This document shows, piece by piece, positions 29,302 to 39,621 of a DNA stretch of 53,727 nucleotides. The position numbers and the translations under genes were made by a program. The notes under the pieces were generated by a model. That model worked only from the letters and a program-made list of their open reading frames with translations. It had not been told where the DNA came from and searched no databases. The stretch's first letter is position 1. Each line of letters begins with the position of its first letter. The stretch comes from a bacterium (GTDB lineage Bacteria; Zhuqueibacterota; Zhuqueibacteria; Zhuqueibacterales; Zhuqueibacteraceae), in assembly GCA_044869275.1 (NCBI GenBank), contig JBIOXB010000004.1:1-53727 (forward strand), written 5' to 3'.

Positions 29302-30119
29302 CTTGCGAACAAACCAGCCAGTATTTTCCGGATTATCTCAGCGGTGATCTGGAAGAGAATGCCCAGCACGTTTTGCAGTCGCATCTCGGGCAATGTGCGT
29401 CTTGCCGCGCCGAGCTCGCCACTCTCGAAGCGATGTGGCTGCGCCTGGGCCGCCTTCCGGTGGCGCAGCCCCCCGCAGAATTGCGGGCGCGCTTTTACGC
29501 CATGTTGACGGCATATGAACATGGCCTGCAGCAGGCCCGGCCCCGCCTGGCCTTCGGTCAAATGATCAACAACTGGCTGGAGCGCTGGTGGCCAAAACAG
29601 CCGGCTTGGCAGTTCGCCGTTGCGGTGTTGTGTCTGGGGCTCGGCCTGCTCGCCGGCCAGCGCTGGCGGCCATCCGCCCCGCGCCCCGAGGACTTGCATA
29701 TGGCACAACTGCGCTCGGAAGTGCAGGCCATGCAGCATATGGTTGCGCTTTCCTTGCTGCAACAACCTTCGCCCAGCGAGCGTTTGCGCGGCGTGAGTTG
29801 GAGTTATCAAATGGAACAGCCGGATCGGCAGGTGCTTGACGCGCTGCTGCAAACGCTGAATTACGATGCCAACGTCAACGTGCGGTTGGCGGCCTTGGAG
29901 GCTTTGCGAACTTTTGCCGATCAAGACACGGTACGCCAAGCTTTAGTCACCTCATTGCCGCGCCAAACCTCGCCGCTGGTGCAAATTCGGTTGATCAATC
30001 TGCTGGTCGAATTGCGCAGCAAGCAAGCCAACGCCACTTTCCGGCAGATCTTGAAAGATGAAGAAATCAATCAAGAGGTGCGCCAGCGCGCGGCATGGGG
30101 ATTACAACAGTTGTTGTGA
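29298..30119 (+). CDS. Anti-sigma factor with zf-HC2 zinc finger, TM helix and HEAT-repeat domain
   Basis: MTC...HLGQCASC motif, TM segment, NVNVRLAALEAL and QTSPLVQI; ATGA overlap with the sigma gene. Confidence 0.88.
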   Translation: MTCEQTSQYFPDYLSGDLEENAQHVLQSHLGQCASCRAELATLEAMWLRLGRLPVAQPPAELRARFYAMLTAYEHGLQQARPRLAFGQMINNWLERWWPKQPAWQFAVAVLCLGLGLLAGQRWRPSAPRPEDLHMAQLRSEVQAMQHMVALSLLQQPSPSERLRGVSWSYQMEQPDRQVLDALLQTLNYDANVNVRLAALEALRTFADQDTVRQALVTSLPRQTSPLVQIRLINLLVELRSKQANATFRQILKDEEINQEVRQRAAWGLQQLL

Positions 30120-30237
30120 CAATTGCCACATGTACGGGCAAGTCGAAACGATGTGCTTTTTTGAGCACCCCCATATCTGTCATTCTTTCAGAATGACATG
30201 AGGAAGTTTTTGTTAAGAATTCCTACTCCAGAACTTA

Positions 30238-31104
30238 ATGAGCTTGATCATGATCGTCTCAATTCTCAACGTCGTCACAGCATTCTCCTTCTTGTTTGCC
30301 CCCTCCGATTGGCGCGTGCAGGAAAAGGAAGAGCTCCAACAAACCTTGCGATTTTCCGATCCGGCGAAAGCGCGGGAAGTGATCGTTGACAACATCAATG
30401 GCCCGATTACAGTTACAGGTTACAACGGCAGCGAGGTGCAACTCGTGGCGGTCAAGACCCTGCGGGCGCGTTCAGAGGCGAAATTGGCGGAGGCCAAGGA
30501 AAAAATTCGCCTGGAAATTTCCGAGCGTGACAATGTCATCGAGCTGTACGTTGACGGCCCGTTTCGCCGGCGCGACCGTGACACAGATTATGGCGGCTCG
30601 GATTACTACGGCTTCGAAGCGCATTTTGACTTCACGCTCAAAGTGCCGTGGCAAACCGAACTCAAGCTCAAGACGATCAATGACGGCGACATCGAGGTTG
30701 CCAATGTCACCGGAGCGTTCGATATTGACAACATCAACGGCTCCGTCGAAATGCTCGAGGTTGGAGGCGGGGGGCGGGCTTATGCCCTCAACGGCAATCT
30801 CACGGTACGTTTCAAACAAAATCCCGAACAGGATTCCTATTTCGGCTCGCTCAACGGCGAAGTCAAAGTCGAGTTTCCTGAGAATCTTTCGGCAAACGTC
30901 CGGATCAAAACTTTCAATGGCGAAGTCTATACCGACTTTCCTGTTGCTTCCTTGCCGGTGCGAGCGCCGGAGCAGGAGAAAAGCGGAGGCAGATTCGTCT
31001 ATCGCAGTGATCGCGCTTTGGGTGTGCGCATCGGCAACGGCGGTGCGGAATTGGAATTCGATGCTTTCAATGGCGATATTCATATCGTCAAACGGCAAAA
31101 CTAA
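30238..31104 (+). CDS. DUF4097-type beta-strand repeat protein
   Basis: Repeated NING.I, TINDGDI, ALNGNL, SLNGEV, TFNGEV, AFNGDI. Confidence 0.8.
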   Translation: MSLIMIVSILNVVTAFSFLFAPSDWRVQEKEELQQTLRFSDPAKAREVIVDNINGPITVTGYNGSEVQLVAVKTLRARSEAKLAEAKEKIRLEISERDNVIELYVDGPFRRRDRDTDYGGSDYYGFEAHFDFTLKVPWQTELKLKTINDGDIEVANVTGAFDIDNINGSVEMLEVGGGGRAYALNGNLTVRFKQNPEQDSYFGSLNGEVKVEFPENLSANVRIKTFNGEVYTDFPVASLPVRAPEQEKSGGRFVYRSDRALGVRIGNGGAELEFDAFNGDIHIVKRQN

Positions 31105-31133
31105 TGCAGAATGATTGAGAAAGTAATTTTGGA

Positions 31134-32021
31134 ATGAACCTCAAGTTACAAGCGACAAAGGTTGAAGCGATGATGAACAAATATGAAAAGCTGTCCTTCC
31201 TCTATGTGCTGGTTTTCAGCAGCCTGGTTTCTGCACAAACTGCCGGCATGGATCGGTTGACGATCCCGCTCAGCGATCCCGCCCGCCCGGTGACATTAAA
31301 AGCGGGTTTGATGAACGGCGGCATCACCGTCACAGGGTATGCCGGCAAAGAAGTGATCGTGGAAGCGCGGGCGCGCACGGAGGAAGAAGAGCGCGAAAAT
31401 CACAAAAACAAAGAGAACGAAAAAAACAAAGCCCAGGGCATGCGCCGTCTGGAAATCACGGCCACGGGCTTGACCGTGGAAGAGGAAAATAATGTGGTCG
31501 AGATCTCCACTTCCTCCATGAATCGCACCGTCGATTTGAACATTCAGGTGCCGCAGCGCGCTTCGCTGGAATTGAGTTGTTTGAACAATGGCGATATCAA
31601 GGTCGAAAACCTGACCGGCGAGTTTGAAATCAACAATACCAACGGTGGCGTCACCATGAACAACATCAGCGGAGCAGTGGTGGCGCACGCGCTCAATGAA
31701 AATGTCGTGGTAACGTTCGCGAAAGTTGAGGCGGACAAATCCATGTCCTTTAGCTCGCTCAATGGCGACATCGACGTGACCTTTCCACCCGACGTGCGCG
31801 CCAAGGTGAAAATGAAATCCGACAACGGCGAGATTTACAGCGACTTCGACATCCGGCTCGAGCCTTCCACGGTGAAAACCGAGGAAGACGCGCGCAAAAA
31901 AGGCGGGAAGTATCGCATTCAGTTGGAAAAAACCATGATGGGCATGATCAATGGCGGCGGGCCGGAGATGCAGTTTGCGACGTTCAACGGGGATATCTAT
32001 ATTCGGAAGAGGAAACCGTAG
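31134..32021 (+). CDS. DUF4097-type beta-strand repeat protein (paralog)
   Basis: Repeated NGGITV, LNNGDI, NTNGGV, SLNGDI, SDNGEI, TFNGDI; signal peptide. Confidence 0.8.
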   Translation: MNLKLQATKVEAMMNKYEKLSFLYVLVFSSLVSAQTAGMDRLTIPLSDPARPVTLKAGLMNGGITVTGYAGKEVIVEARARTEEEERENHKNKENEKNKAQGMRRLEITATGLTVEEENNVVEISTSSMNRTVDLNIQVPQRASLELSCLNNGDIKVENLTGEFEINNTNGGVTMNNISGAVVAHALNENVVVTFAKVEADKSMSFSSLNGDIDVTFPPDVRAKVKMKSDNGEIYSDFDIRLEPSTVKTEEDARKKGGKYRIQLEKTMMGMINGGGPEMQFATFNGDIYIRKRKP

Positions 32022-32023
32022 GT

Positions 32024-32161
32024 TGTGGGGAGTGGATTGTGGGTCGTGGATAGTAGATCGTGGATAGTAGATCGTGGATTGTGGATCGTAGCAAATTGTA
32101 AGGCGTAATTCGCAAAACGGGCGCCGGAAAACGACTCATGTTTCACGTTTCACGTCTCACT
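32024..32161. repeat. Heptamer tandem repeats (NGTRGAT about 9 units; TTTCACG-type 4 units)
   Basis: Direct reading of 32024-32086 and 32134-32161 between convergent genes. Confidence 0.8.
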
Positions 32162-32178
32162 TCTCCAAGAATATCTGT

Positions 32179-33096
32179 TTAGAACGTCATCGACAGGCTC
32201 AACCGGTTTAAGCTGCCGACTTCGCCAAAAGAGGAAATGCCATAATCGAATTTGTACTGGCGATACTCCAACCCCAAACCGAGAGACAAGCCCGCGAAGC
32301 GATCGCTTGAGGTGCCCACTTTTTGATCGCTGCCGATGGAATCGTAACCCAGACGCAAGAACAGGCCGGTGGATAAATTAAACTCACCGCCGGCGCGGAA
32401 GCGCAAATCTTCTTCAGAGTATCCGACCAGCGCCAGGCTGTAGCGCAACGGCAAATGCTCGAGGCGCTTGGCGACTCCGATTTGATAATTGAACGGCAGG
32501 CGTTCTTTGGTTTGATCGAAGGCGGAGATCACACCGCCGAGGTTAAACAACCCGCCGCCGAAATCCATATTGCCCAAAAACGTCGAGTGATAAATCACGC
32601 CGAGATCAAAGGCATAGGCATCCGAGGAAAAATTATCCAACTCGGAGCGGATATATTTCAGGTTCACGCCTAACTGCACGCGCTTGTTGGCGCGCATTTG
32701 CGCATAGCTCAAATAGATCACAGCGCTGCTCGAGCCAAAGGTGCCCAGTTCCTGCCCGAATTCATTCATGCGAGCGAATTCGCCGTAGCTCGTGTATTGC
32801 ACGCCCACGCCCACGGTCCCCGCGCGCAGCGGCATGACATAAACGCCGGCAAAATTCTGAATGTCGAGAATGTGATTCAAGTAGCCGAAGGAGGCCGTGC
32901 GTTTCGGTATGTCGCCAAGCCCCGCGGGATTATAGAAAATGCAATGCGGATCATTCGACATGGCGACGAAGCTCGAGGCCATGGCCGAAGGCCGCGCGCC
33001 GACAGAGGTGCGCAAAAAGGCGTAACCGATGGGGGCGGACTGGGCAAATAAGCTGGCAGGAAGGACAAAGGCAGCGAGCAGGAAAATTCTCTTCAT
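32179..33096 (-). CDS. PorV/PorQ family outer-membrane protein (type IX secretion-associated)
   Basis: FLRTSVGARPSAM, YNPAGL, beta-barrel alternation, terminal Phe. Confidence 0.8.
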   Translation of the reverse strand: MKRIFLLAAFVLPASLFAQSAPIGYAFLRTSVGARPSAMASSFVAMSNDPHCIFYNPAGLGDIPKRTASFGYLNHILDIQNFAGVYVMPLRAGTVGVGVQYTSYGEFARMNEFGQELGTFGSSSAVIYLSYAQMRANKRVQLGVNLKYIRSELDNFSSDAYAFDLGVIYHSTFLGNMDFGGGLFNLGGVISAFDQTKERLPFNYQIGVAKRLEHLPLRYSLALVGYSEEDLRFRAGGEFNLSTGLFLRLGYDSIGSDQKVGTSSDRFAGLSLGLGLEYRQYKFDYGISSFGEVGSLNRLSLSMTF

Positions 33097-33240
33097 GGAA
33101 TAACTGCAAAAGGAGTGAAATAACTTCGATCGGATTTGAAAAGTTGCCGTTCACGTCGGGCCCGCTTTCGTGGGCGCGACTTTTCCTTATCACTTTTCAG
33201 ATATGCTTTCAGATCAAACCCAATCATCCTGATCAAAATT

Positions 33241-33316
<76 letters not shown>

Positions 33317-33384
33317 TTGGGAAAAGCAAAAAGCAAAAGTCAAAAAAGAAAAAAGCAAAACCGAACGGCTTTGCTATGAGGTCG

Positions 33385-33457
<73 letters not shown>

Positions 33458-33524
33458 GCACTTAAAAAAAGCAAAGCAAAATAAATCTCTGGGCGCTAAA
33501 AGTCAAGTTCAAATTTGGCGAACT

Positions 33525-34031
33525 TCAGGGAAATTCCAGGGTTGCGGCGGTTTTATTCTTGTGCAGCAACAAACTTTTGCGCATGCCTCCGGTTTTGACA
33601 TGCACGATATTCGCCTGCTCGTCGTGGCGCTCGAGCAACAGCCGGTTGCTCACGGCGATTTTCTTGACCGCGGCAACGTTCCTGGCTTCCACATAACACC
33701 AGGTCACCTCCATTTCCACTTCCTTGCCGACATAATCAAAGGCAGCCGTATCGCCGTCGACGACGAAAGTCAATTTGTTCTTCAAATACTCAAAAATATA
33801 GCGGCCGGCCTGCTTGGACTCTTGCGGCGTGCCGAGATGCAGCTTTTCCACTCCCTGCGCTTCGAGGGCCTCTTCCAAATCGTCGGTGAAAATCTTGACT
33901 GCAATTTCCAGCGCTTTGGTATGAAGGTTATGATCGATTTCGCAAATGCTGAGGTAATAAGCGTGGCGCCAGGTCAGCGCAATGAGCCCCAAAGCGATCA
34001 CAGAACCAGAGGATACGAACCGGCGGCTCAT
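33525..34031 (-). CDS. DUF6702-like exported protein
   Basis: Signal peptide then HAYYLSICEI, KIFTDDLEEAL, N.LL.E...EQANIVH. Confidence 0.65.
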   Translation of the reverse strand: MSRRFVSSGSVIALGLIALTWRHAYYLSICEIDHNLHTKALEIAVKIFTDDLEEALEAQGVEKLHLGTPQESKQAGRYIFEYLKNKLTFVVDGDTAAFDYVGKEVEMEVTWCYVEARNVAAVKKIAVSNRLLLERHDEQANIVHVKTGGMRKSLLLHKNKTAATLEFP

Positions 34032-34032
34032 A

Positions 34033-34296
34033 TCAGGCGGCGAGCTTCTCATCTTTTGTTGCAGAGCTAATGATGATCATATAGCCGTAATCCATCAATA
34101 TTTCCGTTGAAATCTCACTGGCCATCTTCCGAGCTTCGATTTCTCGATCTTCATTTGCCGGCATGGCGATTCTTACCCAAACATGGTTGGGATTTTCCGG
34201 GCTCTCGACAATTTCAATCAAATCTATTTCCGGGAACCGTTGCTTGAGTTCATCAAAAAGCATATGGCTTAATTCGCTTTGTTTGAGATTAATCAT
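34033..34296 (-). CDS. Small acidic protein, partner of the HEPN gene (possible degenerate MNT fold)
   Basis: ATGA overlap with the HEPN gene; acidic 87 aa; no canonical GS...DxD nucleotidyltransferase motif. Confidence 0.65.
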   Translation of the reverse strand: MINLKQSELSHMLFDELKQRFPEIDLIEIVESPENPNHVWVRIAMPANEDREIEARKMASEISTEILMDYGYMIIISSATKDEKLAA

Positions 34297-34670
34297 TTTT
34301 GCATCTCCCGTTTTATGCTTTCGACAGATTCTCTGGCAGCTTTAATTTGTTCTGCTGCGACTCTTTTCGAGACGGATTTGGCTTCATAGTCAGCCATATT
34401 TCTCACCACAAGCAAGTCTAAAAGATGAGACTTGAAATGTCCAGAGTGGATTTTTCTCCTATGAATCAGCTCGCGGTTGAAAGTTGCCTGAGCGGCCTCA
34501 TGGCTCATCCGCTCCACCTGCATACCGATAGCCGACAACGCCGCCAAAGCTGCTTGAAAGGCGCCATAGTAAGCGCGGCTGGCGGATTCGTTATACCTCT
34601 GAAAGTCGAACAGCAATTGCGCCGATTCAATGTTGCTCTGGGCTTTGTCTAAAAATACGGAACTTATCAT
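34293..34670 (-). CDS. HEPN domain protein (UPF0332-like)
   Basis: LDKA..N...A, SRAYYGAFQAALAAL, SHEA, RNMADY motifs; GGGGGG RBS-like run upstream. Confidence 0.85.
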   Translation of the reverse strand: MISSVFLDKAQSNIESAQLLFDFQRYNESASRAYYGAFQAALAALSAIGMQVERMSHEAAQATFNRELIHRRKIHSGHFKSHLLDLLVVRNMADYEAKSVSKRVAAEQIKAARESVESIKREMQK

Positions 34671-34831
34671 CACACCCCCCGAAACCTTGAAAACTTGAAT
34701 CCCGTCAAATCCGGCTTGACTTCCATTTTTGACACCATTAATATACACCTGCGCCAAGCAATAGCACAATAGCAATTTTTCAAATACTGTCTGAGAAGGC
34801 GATAAAGCCAAAAACGAAAGGCCAGGGCAAA

Positions 34832-37180
34832 ATGAAACGAAGAGTTTATGCGATCATGGTCGTGACTGCTTCGTCGCTCATGAGCTTGTTCTGCTCGAAA
34901 ATCATCGCGCAGGAATATTCGGCCCATAACAAATTCGAACAGCTTTATCAGGAACTGCAAACACCGGGCGCGTATCGCACCGCTTCCGGCGCACCGGGAC
35001 ACCTATACTGGCAGCAGCGCGCCGATTACGACATGCAGATCGAGCTGGAGGACGACACGCAAAGGCTTTCCGGCGTGGAAACCATCACCTATCATAATCA
35101 TTCCCCGGATGCCCTCACTTATCTCTGGGTGCAGCTCGATCAAAATCTCTTTGCGAAGGACTCGGACTATTACACCACGCGCACCAACAGCATCTCCGAG
35201 CAAATGAGTTTTAGCGATTTCAAGAAATGGCACAACGACTTCGACGGCGGTTTCAAAATCGATTACGTCAAAGATCGCGCCGGCCGCGATTTGCCGCACA
35301 CCATCAACAAGACCATGATGCGCGTTGATCTGCCCCAACCGCTATTGCCCACAGGGTCATTCGTATTCAAAATCAAATGGTGGCACAACATCAACGACCG
35401 CATGAAGGTCGGCGGCCGGTCGGGCTACGAATACTTTCCCGAAGACGGCAATTATCTTTATGCGATCGCGCAGTTCTTTCCGTGCATGGCCGTCTATAGC
35501 GAAAATCAAGGCTGGCAAAACAAGCAGTTCCTGGGCAGCGGCGAATTCACCTTGCCTTTTGGCAACTATACCGTGAGCCTGACCGTGCCCGCCGACCATG
35601 TTTTGGGTGCCACCGGCGTTTTGCAAAACCCGAATCAAGTGTTGACGGCAAAGCAGCAGGCGCGTTTGCAGGAAGCGCGCACCGCGAGCGCGCCGGTGAT
35701 GATCGTCGCCGCAGCCGAGGCGCGCGAGGCGGAAAAACTCCGCAGCAAGAATAAAAAGACCTGGATTTTCAAAGCGGAAAACGTGCGCGATTTCGCGTTC
35801 GCTACTTCGCGCAAATTCATTTGGGATGCCATGGGCGTGAACTTCGGCGACCGCACGGTGATGGCGATGTCGTATTATCCCAAAGAAGGCAATCCGTTGT
35901 GGGAGCAATATTCCACCAAAGTGGTGGCGCATACCCTGAGATCTTATTCGAAATACACCTTTGACTACCCCTACCCCACTGCCATTTCGGTGCACACCGA
36001 TCGCATCGGCATGGAGTATCCCATGATCTGCTTCAACGGCGGGCGGCCGGAAAAAGACGGCACCTATTCCGAGCGCACCAAGCACGGCATGATCAGCGTC
36101 ATCATTCACGAAGTGGGTCACAATTATTTTCCAATGATCGTGAACTCCGACGAGCGCCAATGGACGTGGATGGACGAGGGCTTGAACTCCTTTCTGCAAT
36201 ATTTGGCTGAGCAGGAATGGGATCGCAACTATCCTTCGCGGCGCGGACCGGCCTACAAAATCGTCGATTACATGAAAGGTGACCCCAGCGCGCTCTCGCC
36301 GATCATGACCAATTCCGAATCCATCATTCAATTCGGCAACAATGCCTACGGCAAGCCCGCGACCGCGCTCAACGTTCTGCGCGAAACCGTCATGGGCCGC
36401 GAATTATTCGATTTTGCGTTCAAGCAATATGCGCAGCGCTGGAAGTTCAAGCATCCCACGCCGGAAGAGTTGTTCCGCACCATGGAAGATGCTTCCGCCG
36501 TGGATTTGGATTGGTTTTGGCGCGGCTGGTTTTACGGCGTCGAACACGTGGATGTCGCGCTCGACGAAGTAAAATGGTTCAAGGTCGACACCCGGGACCC
36601 CGAAGTGGAAAAGCCGCTGACGCGCGCCGCGGAAAAGGATGGGCCCCAGTTCATCGGTGAAATTCGCAACCGCACGGCCATTGCTCAGGCATTGATCGAA
36701 AAGGATCCCGCTCTGCAGGATTTTTACAACAAGTATGATTCTTTAAGCGTGTCCGCTCTCGACAAGCGGGATTTCGAATACTATTTCGCGGCGTTGGACG
36801 AAAGCGAAAAAGCATTGCTGCAGCAAGGCGCGCACTATTATGAAATCAAGTTCTCCAATCTCGGAGGCTTGGTGACGCCGCTGATTCTGGAATTCGAATT
36901 AGAAGACGGCGCCAAAGTCGAGAAACGCATACCGGCGGAAATTTGGCGCTACAATGACAAACGTGTCAGCAAAGTGTTCATCACGCCCAAGCCGGTCAAG
37001 AGCATCACGCTCGATCCCTACCTGGAGTTGGCGGACGTCGACATGAGCAACAATTACTGGCCGCCGCGCGCCGTGCCCACGCGCTTCCAGCTTTTCAAGC
37101 AGCGCGAGAGGGAGCGGGAAAATCCCATGCAACGCGAGCGCCGCGCGAAAGAGCTGGAAAAGCGAGAGAAAACGGAGTGA
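34832..37180 (+). CDS. M1 family zinc aminopeptidase
   Basis: GMEYPM, HEVGHNYF...WMDEG, NAYGKPA motifs; signal peptide. Confidence 0.93.
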   Translation: MKRRVYAIMVVTASSLMSLFCSKIIAQEYSAHNKFEQLYQELQTPGAYRTASGAPGHLYWQQRADYDMQIELEDDTQRLSGVETITYHNHSPDALTYLWVQLDQNLFAKDSDYYTTRTNSISEQMSFSDFKKWHNDFDGGFKIDYVKDRAGRDLPHTINKTMMRVDLPQPLLPTGSFVFKIKWWHNINDRMKVGGRSGYEYFPEDGNYLYAIAQFFPCMAVYSENQGWQNKQFLGSGEFTLPFGNYTVSLTVPADHVLGATGVLQNPNQVLTAKQQARLQEARTASAPVMIVAAAEAREAEKLRSKNKKTWIFKAENVRDFAFATSRKFIWDAMGVNFGDRTVMAMSYYPKEGNPLWEQYSTKVVAHTLRSYSKYTFDYPYPTAISVHTDRIGMEYPMICFNGGRPEKDGTYSERTKHGMISVIIHEVGHNYFPMIVNSDERQWTWMDEGLNSFLQYLAEQEWDRNYPSRRGPAYKIVDYMKGDPSALSPIMTNSESIIQFGNNAYGKPATALNVLRETVMGRELFDFAFKQYAQRWKFKHPTPEELFRTMEDASAVDLDWFWRGWFYGVEHVDVALDEVKWFKVDTRDPEVEKPLTRAAEKDGPQFIGEIRNRTAIAQALIEKDPALQDFYNKYDSLSVSALDKRDFEYYFAALDESEKALLQQGAHYYEIKFSNLGGLVTPLILEFELEDGAKVEKRIPAEIWRYNDKRVSKVFITPKPVKSITLDPYLELADVDMSNNYWPPRAVPTRFQLFKQRERERENPMQRERRAKELEKREKTE

Positions 37181-37193
37181 TCTCGGAGTTGAG

Positions 37194-37715
37194 ATGAACT
37201 CTGAAATCCGAATTCGTTCAGCAAAGGAGCAGGATCTCCCACTCATTCTGCAATTCATTCGTGATTTGGCGGAGTACGAGCGTCTGGCCCACGAAGTTGT
37301 CGCCACGGAAGATCGCTTGCGTGCCTCTCTCTTTGGACCGCGGCCCGGCGCGGAAGTCGTCTTTGCTGAAGTTGGCGATAAACCCGCCGGTTTCGCGTTA
37401 TTCTTTCACAACTATTCCACATTTCTCGCGCAGCGAGGGTTGTATCTCGAAGATCTTTTTGTGCGGCCGGAATTTCGGGGACTCGGCATCGGCCGCCGGC
37501 TGCTGCTTTACCTTGGCCATCTCGCCGTGGCGCGCGGCTGCGGCCGATTGGAATGGTGGGTGTTGGATTGGAACGAGCCGGCCATTCGCTTCTATAAAAA
37601 AATGGGCGCCGCGCCTATGTCCGACTTTACCGTGTTTCGGGTGACGGGAGAAGCTTTAACCCGGCTGGCAGCGGAATATGAAACTCCCAGCGCGGGCGGG
37701 CTGCAAACAAAATGA
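37194..37715 (+). CDS. GNAT N-acetyltransferase (diamine acetyltransferase-like)
   Basis: LAEYE, NYSTF, LYLEDLFVRPEFRGLGIG, VLDWNEPAIRFYKKMGA. Confidence 0.92.
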   Translation: MNSEIRIRSAKEQDLPLILQFIRDLAEYERLAHEVVATEDRLRASLFGPRPGAEVVFAEVGDKPAGFALFFHNYSTFLAQRGLYLEDLFVRPEFRGLGIGRRLLLYLGHLAVARGCGRLEWWVLDWNEPAIRFYKKMGAAPMSDFTVFRVTGEALTRLAAEYETPSAGGLQTK

Positions 37716-37866
37716 TCGTCTGCGCAATCCGCTTAATCCGTTTACGTTTCTTTTTTGTGCTGAAAACATTGAACACTTGAGAACCCTTACAAACAGAGCA
37801 GGTTTTTCGCCCACGAAAATGGAACTCCCACGGAAACGAACTCAAGAAATACTTCCAAGGAAATTC

Positions 37867-38046
37867 TAGCCTGGCTAATTCAAAAAATACGACCGCCGAG
37901 ACGCCGAGTTCACAGAGAACATCAAGTTGGCGCATAGCTTCGGTTAAAAGCAGCCGCTTCCACGCTCCTTAACAAGATTAGCGTAATCTAAGCATCTTCA
38001 ATCTCTGCGTGCTCGGCGACTCTGCGGTTATGAATTATTCAGGCTA
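37867..38046. mobile_element. MITE-like long inverted-repeat element with TA ends
   Basis: TAGCCTGGCTAATTCA / TGAATTATTCAGGCTA (14/16), plus inner arms ACCGCCGAGACGCCGAGTTCACAGAGA / TCTCTGCGTGCTCGGCGACTCTGCGGT. Confidence 0.6.
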
Positions 38047-38142
38047 ATTCCGTGCGCGATTTTTCTCGTCGGTTTGAGTCCAGACTCATTCGGGATGCGC
38101 TGGATAGTTACGCCAGAACTTGCCTTTCGCGAGAAATTAACC

Positions 38143-39621
38143 TCAGCTTCTCGGCATCGCTGCGAGCTTTTGCTCCGCCTTTTTCCTCATGAAAGCATAA
38201 TTTATATTGTTGAGCGCGTTGAATTGCGCGGCTTTCCGGTATGACTCCTTCGCGTTCTTCAGCTCGCCCTTGCCCTCGTAAGCCAGCGCCAGCCTGTAAA
38301 AAGTATAGGGATTTTGCTGGTTGCCCTGCTGGAAATGGGCGAGAGCCTGCTCGTAGTTCTTTTCCGCCAGCGCGATCGTTCCTGCCAATTCATGCGCCAG
38401 CCAGATTTGAAAGGTATTTCTCGCCGCTTCGGCTTGCGCGCGAAACGCTTCGGATTTGGCTTTGGCGCTCGCCAGATCTTTCTTCATCAACGCGACGCGG
38501 CCGGCATTGTAGAGCTGGCCCCGTTTGGCATTCTCCTTGATCCCGGGAGAAAGACTGGAAGCCTCGATCACCTGCAGCGATTTCTCAAACTTCATCAGCG
38601 CTTCGTCGTATTTGCCCGACTCATAAAGAATATTGCCCGCCACCCCCAGATCGCCGGCCATAGCCGCGGCATCGTTGATTTTTTCTGCCAAAGCATACTG
38701 CGTCTCCATCTCCGCCAATGCCTTGGGGACGTTGCCTTCGTCAACATATGCCACGGTCTTGGCGAAAAGAGCGGCGCGGCGCTCGCCATCGTCGCGGGCC
38801 TGGTCAAATGATTTCTGCAACTGCGCTCTGGCCTGCTCGTGTTTGCCTTCCAGGCACAGGCCGGTGGCGATGCCGAGATAGGAGGCGACGAAATGGGGAT
38901 TGTAGGTAAGCGCTTTTTGGTATTGCGCGATCGACTCCTCGAATCGCCCCATTTTCAGCAGCAATTCGGCATACGAATCGTAAGGGTTGGGATCATTCGG
39001 AATCAGCTCGATGTATTTGCGAAAAGCCTTCTCCGCTTCAGTGTAGTTTTCCAAGCTGCGGTAGGCGTAACCCAACTGATTGTAGGGCGGTGAAAAATTC
39101 GGGGCGAGGGAAGTGGTCTTTTTGTATTCCTCGATGGCGCGGGAAAATTCCTGCTGGCCGAAATAGTAATTGCCCAGGAGATTGTGGGCGCGCTCGTCTT
39201 CGGGATAGACGGTCACCAATTTTTGGTAACACTCCTTTTGTTTCGCGGGGTCGCCATTGGCGCCGGCTTGGACGCCCAATATCCACAACCGCTCTCCTTC
39301 TGAGGTTTTATCCGCTCTCGCCACGGCTTTGTTCAATTGCTCAAAGAATCCTTTGGCGGTGGGCTGGCTATTCGCAAAATTCAAATAGGCGATGGCGAAG
39401 CCGGGGTCTTTGGCGATAGCCTTTTCAAAGTATTGCAGCGACTCCTGGCCTTGCAGCCGCTCTTGCAGATCGCGGCCCTTCAGATAGGCTTCCTTTGCCT
39501 CCGGAGATTTGGTGGTGATGGGAATTTTTTTGCTGTCGGACGCTGAGAAACCCAACAGCGCAAATGGCAGCGTACCGATCGTTAGCAGCCGGGCAAGCAT
39601 GATGAAACAGCGTTTTTTCAT
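38143..39621 (-). CDS. Exported tetratricopeptide repeat protein
   Basis: Multiple TPRs (AHNLLGNYYF, YNQLGYAY, PYDSYAELL); signal peptide; GAGGAG RBS. Confidence 0.88.
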   Translation of the reverse strand: MKKRCFIMLARLLTIGTLPFALLGFSASDSKKIPITTKSPEAKEAYLKGRDLQERLQGQESLQYFEKAIAKDPGFAIAYLNFANSQPTAKGFFEQLNKAVARADKTSEGERLWILGVQAGANGDPAKQKECYQKLVTVYPEDERAHNLLGNYYFGQQEFSRAIEEYKKTTSLAPNFSPPYNQLGYAYRSLENYTEAEKAFRKYIELIPNDPNPYDSYAELLLKMGRFEESIAQYQKALTYNPHFVASYLGIATGLCLEGKHEQARAQLQKSFDQARDDGERRAALFAKTVAYVDEGNVPKALAEMETQYALAEKINDAAAMAGDLGVAGNILYESGKYDEALMKFEKSLQVIEASSLSPGIKENAKRGQLYNAGRVALMKKDLASAKAKSEAFRAQAEAARNTFQIWLAHELAGTIALAEKNYEQALAHFQQGNQQNPYTFYRLALAYEGKGELKNAKESYRKAAQFNALNNINYAFMRKKAEQKLAAMPRS

